From an uncultured Candidatus Rokubacteria bacterium (GTDB taxonomy: Bacteria > Methylomirabilota > Methylomirabilia > Rokubacteriales > CSP1-6): a stretch of DNA of 64,000 bases. The stretch spans positions 64,001 through 128,000 of the forward strand of contig CAVWWD010000006.1 in assembly GCA_963758635.1 (NCBI GenBank). The letters are read 5' to 3'. Positions 30,841 through 38,374 of the stretch are shown one piece after another. How positions within the stretch are numbered: the first letter of the stretch is position 1; each line of letters starts with the position of its first letter. The translations under genes and the position numbers were made by a program. The notes under the pieces are model-generated. The model saw only the letters and a program-made list of their open reading frames with translations, was not told where the DNA came from and ran no database searches.

Positions 30841-32682
30841 ATGAAGACGACACGACACCTGCGCATCGTCGTTCTCGCCGCATTCGGCATGGCCCTGGCC
30901 GCCTGCGCGGGCACGGTGAGCGCCGCGCGCGTCGATGCGAAGGTCGTCCAGGCCGACCTCGCCCGGAGCGCCGTCACGACGGGTGAGCCGAGCTGGGAGA
31001 CGCGCAACGTGCTCTACGAGCAGGGGCTCTTCGATGCCTTCGGGGCGCGCCCGGAGGAGGCCCTGGCCGAGCTGCACGGGACCATGCGGCGCACAGGTGG
31101 CGATCCCGACCTGCTCTTCGCCCTCGCCGAGCTGGCCTTCCTCCACGGGCAGGCCGCCGCCAGGCCCGAGTACAAGCTCGCCGCCGCCATCTACGCCTAC
31201 GCGTTCCTGTTCCCCGAAGGCGCAGGGGAAGGGCCAGGGCGCTTCGACCCGCGCCTGCGGCTCGCGGCGGACCTGTACAACTGGGCGCTCGCGGGAGGGC
31301 TTGCGTCGGAGGACGGCGCGGAGTTCGCGCCGCGCGGGGGGGCGTTCACGCTGCCGTTCGGGCCCATGGAGGTGGCCTTCGACCGCGCCGCCCTGCGGGC
31401 GGGAAACCGGGAGCTGTATGGGTTTATTCCGATCGCGGAGCTGAAGGTAGAAGGCATGGCGATGCGGTACCGCTGGCCCGGCCTCGGGACCCCGCTCGCC
31501 GCGTCGACCCGGCTCATCGATCCCTCCAGGCCGGGCGACCTCGTGGCGCCGCGGCTGAAGGTTTCGGCGACCGCCCTCCTCCGCATCCCCGAGGCTCGCC
31601 AGGCCCTCGTGCAGGGACGGCCGCTCACGGCCGCGCTCGAGCTCCACCTGGCCTGGGACGCGGAGTCGGTCTCGATCGCCGGCGAGCGGGTGCCGCTCGA
31701 GAGCGAGCCGACGGCCGCCCTGGCCTACACCTTCACTGGCATACCGATCTTCCAGATCGAGACGTTCGGGTTCCTGGGTCGGCTCGCCGGCTATGAGCGG
31801 CCGCCGCTGGTTTCCACGACCCCGTACAAGCCCGGGCTCATCCCGGTGGTCTTCGTGCACGGCACGCAGTCGAGCGTGGTCCGTTGGGCCGAGATGTTCA
31901 ACCGTCTCCTGGCCGACCCCGAGATCCGGGCCCGCTATCAGTTCTGGTTCTTTCAGTACGAGTCCGGCGCCCCCGTCGCGCTGTCGGCGATGCTGCTGCG
32001 CGAGACGCTGACCGGAGCGCTGGCGCACCTCGACCCCGAGGGCAAGGACCCGGCCCTTCGCCGGATGGTGCTGATCGGGCACAGCCAGGGCGGCCTCCTG
32101 GTCAAGATGCAGGCCATCAGCAGCGGCGATCGGATCTGGAACGCCATCGCGCGCAAGCCGCTCGCGGAGTTGCAGCTGTCCGACGCGAGCCGCGATCTCC
32201 TGCAGCGGGGGCTGTTCGTCGAGCCCCTTCACGGGGTCTCCCGCGTGGTGTTCATCTGCACCCCGCACCGGGGGAGCTTCATCGCAGCACGCCAGGTCAT
32301 CACCAACGTCATCCGATGGCTCGTGACGCTGCCGACCGCCCTCACCGGGATTCAGGCGGACCTCATCCGGAATGCGAATGCCGTGAGGGGGCCCGCGATA
32401 GTTCCGTCGGCCGTCGACAACATGTCGCCGCGCAACAACTTCATCCAGGGCCTGCAGGAGATCCGCGTGGCGCCCTCCATCAAAGCTCACTCGATCATCG
32501 CGGTGCAGGGGGACGGGCCCCTCGAGAAGCTCGATGATGGCGTCGTGGCGTACTCGAGCGCCCATATCGAGGAAGTCGAGTCCGAGCTCGTCGTGCGTCC
32601 GTCGAGCCACTCCACCCAGGGCCATCCTCGGACCATCGAGGAGGTGCGCCGCATCCTGCGGCTACACGTGGGTGTGAGGTGA
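30841..32682 (+). CDS. Alpha/beta-hydrolase (lipase/esterase) lipoprotein
   Basis: Lipobox LAAC, PVVFVHG, GHSQGG nucleophile elbow, TPHRGS, DGVV, distal His. Confidence 0.88.
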   Translation: MKTTRHLRIVVLAAFGMALAACAGTVSAARVDAKVVQADLARSAVTTGEPSWETRNVLYEQGLFDAFGARPEEALAELHGTMRRTGGDPDLLFALAELAFLHGQAAARPEYKLAAAIYAYAFLFPEGAGEGPGRFDPRLRLAADLYNWALAGGLASEDGAEFAPRGGAFTLPFGPMEVAFDRAALRAGNRELYGFIPIAELKVEGMAMRYRWPGLGTPLAASTRLIDPSRPGDLVAPRLKVSATALLRIPEARQALVQGRPLTAALELHLAWDAESVSIAGERVPLESEPTAALAYTFTGIPIFQIETFGFLGRLAGYERPPLVSTTPYKPGLIPVVFVHGTQSSVVRWAEMFNRLLADPEIRARYQFWFFQYESGAPVALSAMLLRETLTGALAHLDPEGKDPALRRMVLIGHSQGGLLVKMQAISSGDRIWNAIARKPLAELQLSDASRDLLQRGLFVEPLHGVSRVVFICTPHRGSFIAARQVITNVIRWLVTLPTALTGIQADLIRNANAVRGPAIVPSAVDNMSPRNNFIQGLQEIRVAPSIKAHSIIAVQGDGPLEKLDDGVVAYSSAHIEEVESELVVRPSSHSTQGHPRTIEEVRRILRLHVGVR

Positions 32683-32843
32683 CAGGGGCGGGCGACGCGT
32701 GAACGCGCCGGCGAGGCGCGGCCTCGGGAGGTTTCAGGCCACGCCCAGAATCAGTGATCAGATCCGAGTACGTACGACCGAGCTAAGACCGGGGCGCGCT
32801 ACGCCGAGCGGTGGGACGCGGCCGAGCGGGGTCGGCGAAGCAC

Positions 32844-32955
32844 GTGTCATCGTCGTCGGGGATGGACAACCCCGGCCATGGCAACTACGCCGCGGCCAAC
32901 GCGTTCATGACGCGCTGGCCCCTCACCGGCGTCGCGCACGGCCTGCCCGCCCTCT
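32844..32955 (+). pseudogene. Decayed fragment of a type I PKS ketoreductase domain
   Basis: SSSSGMDNPGHGNYAAANAF / DALA / AHGLPAL with small indels, matching the KR signature GQxNYAAANAFLDALA...GLPA. Confidence 0.6.
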
Positions 32956-34287
32956 GCGCCGCGTCCGCGAGCCCGGACCGGAGCGCTCGGAGCCCGCCCC
33001 CGTCGCGCGCCCCTGAACCGGTCCGTCGAGGCCCATGGCGCGGCGGTAGGCGGCGCGGATCTCCTCGGGCTGGCCGGTCAGGAAGGGGAACTCGCGGCCG
33101 AGGGCGAGCCCGGGCGTGCGCTCGCGGCGCTTGTGCTCCTCGACGGCGGAGTAGCCGTTGACGAAGGCCTCGCGGCCGATGATGGGCAGCCGCACGCACG
33201 CGTTCGCCGCGGGGTCGCGGATCAGCGCCTTGGGCTCGCCGCCCCGCGCCACGTGCTCGGCCTCCGCGAGGAGCTTCCGGCGCATCATGATGATCCCCCG
33301 GTCGCTCTCGCCGAGATGCTCCTGCGTGCGGTCCGCGATCGCCCCCTGGCCCACCCACGCCGTGAAGTCCTGGTTCATCACGTGCGTGGTGATCCAGCGG
33401 CCGGTGCGCGGATCGGTGATGGGGCTGGTCCAGTACGGGATGCGCTCCTGCGTGAAGGGCTCCATCTCGTTGGGCACGCGGTCGAAGAACCAGCCCACGC
33501 TGAGCATGCGCTCGTCGTCGATCGGCACGCGCCACTCGAAGTGCCCGCCCGTGAAGAGACAGTTCGGCCAGAGGCACGTGCGTCCCACCGTCCACAGCTC
33601 GTCGCCCTCGGCCTGGCCCTCCAGCACGCGCCGGTAGACGAAGCCGTACTCGAACTCGTCGAAGCCCACGCGCAGGTGCCGCGGCGGCGGCGCCCCGCTC
33701 GTCTGCTTGAGGACGCGGGACCAGTTCGAGTGGAGCCACTCGAAGTGCACCGGGTCGATCGAGTTCTCCTGGCACTGGAGCCAGTTGCACGGGACCTCCG
33801 TGAACACGATCTGCACGAAGCCGTTGGTCCACGTGAACGGCTCCCACGTGGGCACGAGCGGCGCGGGCGTCGGCCCCATGTACGCCCACACCAGGCCGGC
33901 CTTGGCCTCGGCGGCGTAGGCCGTGATGCGCACGCGGTCCTTGAAGCGCGCCTCGGGATGCGCGGCCTCCTCGAACGGCTGCTCGCGGCACCGCCCGTCG
34001 CGATCCCAGAGCCAGCCGTGGTAGTGGCAGCGCAGCCCGCAGTCCTCGACCCAGCCGTAGGAGAGGTCCGCGCGTCGATGCGGGCAGTGCCGGTCCACGA
34101 GGCCGTACCGGCCCGACCGGTCGCGGTAGAGCACGAGGTCCTCGCCCATCAGGCGGACGGGCTTGACCGGATGGTCCTCCAGCTCGGCGACCGCGGCGAC
34201 CGGCATCCAGTAGCGCCGGAGCAGCTCGCCCATGGGCGTGCCGGCGCCCACCTGGGTGAGCGTCCGGTTCTGTTCGGGACTCAGCAC
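32923..34287 (-). CDS. Rieske non-heme iron oxygenase alpha subunit (phthalate 4,5-dioxygenase/VanA-like)
   Basis: GTPMGELLRRYW, CPH...C.YHGW Rieske motif, ENSIDPVHFEWLH, QD, EHLG.SD; 3' tail may be spurious. Confidence 0.9.
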   Translation of the reverse strand: MLSPEQNRTLTQVGAGTPMGELLRRYWMPVAAVAELEDHPVKPVRLMGEDLVLYRDRSGRYGLVDRHCPHRRADLSYGWVEDCGLRCHYHGWLWDRDGRCREQPFEEAAHPEARFKDRVRITAYAAEAKAGLVWAYMGPTPAPLVPTWEPFTWTNGFVQIVFTEVPCNWLQCQENSIDPVHFEWLHSNWSRVLKQTSGAPPPRHLRVGFDEFEYGFVYRRVLEGQAEGDELWTVGRTCLWPNCLFTGGHFEWRVPIDDERMLSVGWFFDRVPNEMEPFTQERIPYWTSPITDPRTGRWITTHVMNQDFTAWVGQGAIADRTQEHLGESDRGIIMMRRKLLAEAEHVARGGEPKALIRDPAANACVRLPIIGREAFVNGYSAVEEHKRRERTPGLALGREFPFLTGQPEEIRAAYRRAMGLDGPVQGRATGAGSERSGPGSRTRRRGRAGRARRR

Positions 34288-34439
34288 TGGCCTGGCCTTC
34301 CGCGGGCGATCTTACCCCACATCGGCGCTGTCACACGGCGCCGCCGCGAGGTCTCCTGCCTCGTCGCCGATCTGGAGCCCGGCGCCGCCGCGGGGTAGCA
34401 TGGTCGCCGTATCGCACGACGCATCGAGGAGGCGACGGC

Positions 34440-35403
34440 ATGGCGGTGATCCTGGGGACGGGCGCGTACCGCTACGAGGTGGTGGACGACTGGGCGAAGC
34501 TGCCGCCGGGCCGCGAGTTCAACGCCGACGTGGCCGCGGTGGGCGTCGACCGGCAGGACCGCGTGTACGCGTTCAACCGCGGCCAGCATCCGGTGGCCGT
34601 GTTCGACCGCGACGGCAACTTCCTCCGCTCGTGGGGCGAGGGCGTGTTCCATCGCGCTCACGGCATCCACATGGCGCCCGACGACACCGCGTGGCTGACC
34701 GACGACGGCGACCACACCGTGCGGCACTGCACCCTCGACGGCAAGGTGCTCCTCACGATCGGCATCCCGGGCAAGCCGGCGCCGTACATGAGCGGCCAGC
34801 CCTTCCACCGCTGCACGCACACCGCGCTCTCGCCCCAGGGCGACCTCTACGTCTCCGACGGGTACGGCAACTCGCGGGTCCACAAGTACTCGCCCGACGG
34901 GAAGCTGCTCTTCTCCTGGGGGGAGCCCGGGCACCGACCCCGGGCAGTTCAACATCGCCCACAACATCTGCTGCGACGCCGACGGCCGCGTGTACGTCGC
35001 CGACCGCGAGAACCACCGCGTGCAGGTCTTCGACGGCAACGGGCGGTTCGAGGGCCAGTGGAGCAACATGCACCGGCCGTCCGGCCTCTTCCTCGAGCCC
35101 GGCGCGCCGGGCCGGTTCTACGTGGGCGAGATCGGCGGCGGGATGGGCGTGAACTACGACATGCCCAACATCGGCCCGCGGGTCAGCATCTACAGCCACG
35201 CCGGCGAGATGCTGGCGCGGCTGGGCGCCCGTCCCGCCGGCCTCGAGCCCGGGCAGTTCATGTCGCCCCACGGGCTCGCGGTGGACTCGCGCGGCGACAT
35301 CTACGTGGGCGAGGTCTCGTTCACGAACTGGAAGAACCGCTACCGGGACACCCCGCAGCCGCCGGGACTGCGCAGCCTGCAGAAGCTGGTCAGGATCGCC
35401 TGA
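34440..35403 (+). CDS. NHL-repeat beta-propeller (peptidyl-alpha-hydroxyglycine lyase-like), frameshift near 34930
   Basis: YVSDGYGNSRVHK, GQFNIAH, YVADRENHRVQVFD, PHGLAVDSRGDIYVGEV. Confidence 0.85.
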
Positions 35404-35435
35404 CCGGGCCGAACGAGAAAGGAGGAGACCGACGC

Positions 35436-35837
35436 ATGCCCCGACGGAACATCCAGCCCGAATCGCTCGCCAAGCGCGTGGTCGGCGGCCGCGTGCTCTA
35501 CTCCCACGTGGTCGTGGTGGAGGGCCGCCGCACCATCTTCGTGTCCGGCCAGCTCGCCCGTGACCGCGAGGGCAACGTGGTGGGCGCGGGCGACATGCGC
35601 GCGCAGATGCGCCAGGTCGGCGAGAACGTCAAGGCCGCGCTGGAGGCGGCGGGCGCCTCGCTCGCCGATATCGTCAAGTCGAACACCTACGTGACCGACA
35701 TCGAGGAGTTCTTCAAGCACGTCGACGTGCGCATGGAGTACTTCGGCGCGCTGCCCACCAGCACCACCGTCGAGGTTCGCCGCCTCGCCCATCCCGACCT
35801 CCTGGTCGAGGTCGAGGTCATCGCCGTCGTCGATTGA
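35436..35837 (+). CDS. RidA/YjgF family protein
   Basis: FVSGQ, ALEAAGASL.DIVK, PTSTTVEV..L...LLVEVE; SD GGAGGAG. Confidence 0.88.
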   Translation: MPRRNIQPESLAKRVVGGRVLYSHVVVVEGRRTIFVSGQLARDREGNVVGAGDMRAQMRQVGENVKAALEAAGASLADIVKSNTYVTDIEEFFKHVDVRMEYFGALPTSTTVEVRRLAHPDLLVEVEVIAVVD

Positions 35838-35844
35838 CCCGGCC

Positions 35845-37020
35845 ATGAGCGATCCGGTCGGCGCGTTCGTCCCCGGCACCGCGGTCCGCATCAAGGGGAA
35901 GGCCGGGGGCCCGCTCGCCGGCCTCACCTTCGCCGCCAAGGACCTCTTCGACGTGGCGGGCCACGTCACGGGCGGCGGCAATCCCGACTGGCCCCGCGAC
36001 CGCCCCGTGCCCGAGCGGCACGCGTGGGCGGTGGCGCGGCTCCTCGACGCCGGCGCCACGCTGATCGGCAAGACCATCACCGACGAGGTGTCGCTCGGGA
36101 TCCTCGGCGAGAACCCGTTCCACGGCACGCCGGAAAACCCGCGCGCGCCGGGCCGCGTGCCCGGCGGATCGTCGTCCGGCTCGGCCTCCGCGGTGGCCGC
36201 CGGCCTCTGCGACACCGCGCTCGGCACCGACACCGGCGGCTCGGTGCGGGTGCCCGCGAGCTTCTGCGGCCTCTTCGGGATCCGGCCCACGCACGGCCGC
36301 CTGCCGCTGGACGGGATGCTCCCGCAGGCGCCGCGCTCGGACACCACGGGCTGGTTCGCGCGCGACGCCGAGACGTTCGCCCGCGTGTCGAGCGCGATGC
36401 TCGGCGAGGCCATCGCCGCCGCCCGGCCCGCGCGTCTCGTGGTGGCGACCGATGCGTTCGGGTTCGCCGACCCCGGTGTCACCGCCGCGCTGCGCCCCAT
36501 GGTGGAGCGACTCGGGAAGCTCGCCGGAGACGTCCGCGAGGACGTCATCGCGCCGCCCGGGCTGTCGGTGTGGGCGCGCGCCCAGCGCACGCTCCAGCCC
36601 TGGGAGGCCTGGCAGACGTTCCGCGAGTGGCTCGATCGCGTGAACCCGCGCGTCGCCTTCGGTGTGGCGCGCGGTCTCGTGATGGGCTCGATGATCCCGG
36701 AGAGCGAGCGCGCGTGGGCAGAGCTGATGCGTCAGGAAGCGCGGGCGCGCATGGCGCATCTCCTACGCGCGGGGACCGTCCTCTGCATGCCCACCACACC
36801 GTGCCCGGCGCCACTCCGCGGCCAGGCGATCTCGGCGCTCGCGCCGGTGCGGGATCGCATCCTCTGCCTCTGCGCCCACGGCGGGCTCACCGGCGTGCCC
36901 CAGGTGAGCCTGCCCGGCGCCACCGTCGACGGCCTGCCCGTGGGGCTGTCGATCGTGGGCGGCGCGGGCACGGATGCGCTGCTCGTCGGGATCGCCCTGG
37001 CGATGGCGGACGCGCGATGA
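35845..37020 (+). CDS. Amidase-signature family enzyme
   Basis: KDLFD, PGGSSSGS, LGTDTGGSVRVPAS. Confidence 0.92.
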   Translation: MSDPVGAFVPGTAVRIKGKAGGPLAGLTFAAKDLFDVAGHVTGGGNPDWPRDRPVPERHAWAVARLLDAGATLIGKTITDEVSLGILGENPFHGTPENPRAPGRVPGGSSSGSASAVAAGLCDTALGTDTGGSVRVPASFCGLFGIRPTHGRLPLDGMLPQAPRSDTTGWFARDAETFARVSSAMLGEAIAAARPARLVVATDAFGFADPGVTAALRPMVERLGKLAGDVREDVIAPPGLSVWARAQRTLQPWEAWQTFREWLDRVNPRVAFGVARGLVMGSMIPESERAWAELMRQEARARMAHLLRAGTVLCMPTTPCPAPLRGQAISALAPVRDRILCLCAHGGLTGVPQVSLPGATVDGLPVGLSIVGGAGTDALLVGIALAMADAR

Positions 37021-37054
37021 CCAGCCGACGTGCGAAGGCAATGGGAGAGGCGCG

Positions 37055-37459
37055 ATGACCGATCTGACCCCGAACATCCCCGAGGTCGTGGCCGAGGTAC
37101 GCGCGCTGTTCGAGCGCTACGAGCAGGCTCTCGTGGACAAGGACGTGGCCGTGCTCGACCGCACCTTCTGGCAGAGCCCGCACACAATCCGCTACGCCTT
37201 CAACGAGCACGGCTACGGCTTCGACCAGATCCACGCCCATCGCGTGCGCCGCCCGCCCGGGCCCGGTACCAAGGAATCGCGCCGCCGTCTCGAGATCCTC
37301 ACGCTCGGCCGAGACGTCGCCACCGTGAACCTGGAGTTCAAGGTGCGCGGCCAGGACCGGATCGGCCGCCAGAGCCAGACCTGGGTGCGCTTTCCCGACG
37401 TGGGCTGGAAGGTGATCAGCGCCCACGTCTCCGCGATCGACGCGTCAGCCCTGAGCTGA
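37055..37459 (+). CDS. AtzH/HpxZ-like (DUF3225) protein
   Basis: FERYEQALV..DV..LD..FW, TIRY, GRQSQTWVRF...WKVISAHVS. Confidence 0.85.
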   Translation: MTDLTPNIPEVVAEVRALFERYEQALVDKDVAVLDRTFWQSPHTIRYAFNEHGYGFDQIHAHRVRRPPGPGTKESRRRLEILTLGRDVATVNLEFKVRGQDRIGRQSQTWVRFPDVGWKVISAHVSAIDASALS

Positions 37460-37488
37460 TCGGTTCGGGCGCCGGACGTCTCCACGCC

Positions 37489-37517
37489 TTGACACGCCCG
37501 GCGGCGGTCGGCAATGT
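37489..37517 (+). promoter_or_regulatory. sigma70-like promoter, leaderless geometry
   Basis: TTGACA-N17-CAATGT-N7-ATG(37525). Confidence 0.6.
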
Positions 37518-37524
37518 GTGGGCC

Positions 37525-37773
37525 ATGAGGACGAAGCCCGCGACGCGACCGGTCAGGATCACGGGTTGGACGAAGCCCAGCACGATCGCCCGCGTGCTCG
37601 GCGTCCCGGCCGCGGAACAGCGAGCGATCCACGCCGCCGTCGAGGCGTTCATCCGAGAGTACGGGCTCAAGCGCATGTACGGTGTCAAGACAAGCTCGGC
37701 CAAGGCTCGGCGCGGCCGTGCCACCGCGCGAAAGAGCAAGGCGCCCGCCAAGCGCCGCACGCGCAAATCCTGA
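37525..37773 (+). CDS. Small basic protein (82 aa), HTH-like core with Lys/Arg tail
   Basis: STIARVLGV segment, tail KARRGRATARKSKAPAKRRTRKS; promoter directly upstream. Confidence 0.6.
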   Translation: MRTKPATRPVRITGWTKPSTIARVLGVPAAEQRAIHAAVEAFIREYGLKRMYGVKTSSAKARRGRATARKSKAPAKRRTRKS

Positions 37774-38368
37774 TCCCCTGATCCGTCTTCAGGTCTTCCT
37801 CAACGTCCCGTACGACCGCCCATACGAGCCCCTGTTCCTGGCGGCGATCGCCGGCACCTGCGGCCAAGGGCTCGAGCCCCGCACGGCGCTCGAGCTCCCA
37901 GCCCAGCAGGGCCGACTCGACCGCATCCTCCAGCTGATCCGCCGGTGCCGGTACTCGATCCACGACCTGAGCAGCGTCCGGCTGGTCAAGGGCGTCCCCC
38001 GGTTCAACATGCCGTTCGAGCTCGGCCTCGCCGTCGCGACCCGGTCCGCGGCACGCCACGATTGGTGGATCCTCGAGGCGCGCCGGTATCGGCTTCAGCG
38101 CTCCTTGAGCGATCTCGCGGGCTTCGATCCTCAGATCCACAATGGACGGCCGCTCCGGATGCTCCAGATCATCGATGACATGTTCTCGCGTCCGGGGAAG
38201 CGCGCGGTCCCGCTCGTCGCGGTGCTGGACCTGCTTGAGAGGCAAGCCCCCGCCGTCCGACGGCGGTACGGCAGCCTGTACACGAAGGGGGGATTCCGCA
38301 GCCTCGTGTTCACCGCGACGACCTTCTGCGACCAGCTCAGGAAGAGCCCGGTCGAGCCCGAGGGATAG
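37718..38368 (+). CDS. Uncharacterised TIR/nucleoside-deoxyribosyltransferase-like protein
   Basis: VFLNVPYD, RLDRILQLIRRCRYSIHDLS, PRFNMPFELGLA, SLSDLAGFD; start uncertain (GTG 37718 or 37682). Confidence 0.7.
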   Translation: MPPRERARRPPSAARANPDPLIRLQVFLNVPYDRPYEPLFLAAIAGTCGQGLEPRTALELPAQQGRLDRILQLIRRCRYSIHDLSSVRLVKGVPRFNMPFELGLAVATRSAARHDWWILEARRYRLQRSLSDLAGFDPQIHNGRPLRMLQIIDDMFSRPGKRAVPLVAVLDLLERQAPAVRRRYGSLYTKGGFRSLVFTATTFCDQLRKSPVEPEG

Positions 38369-38374
38369 GCGGCC

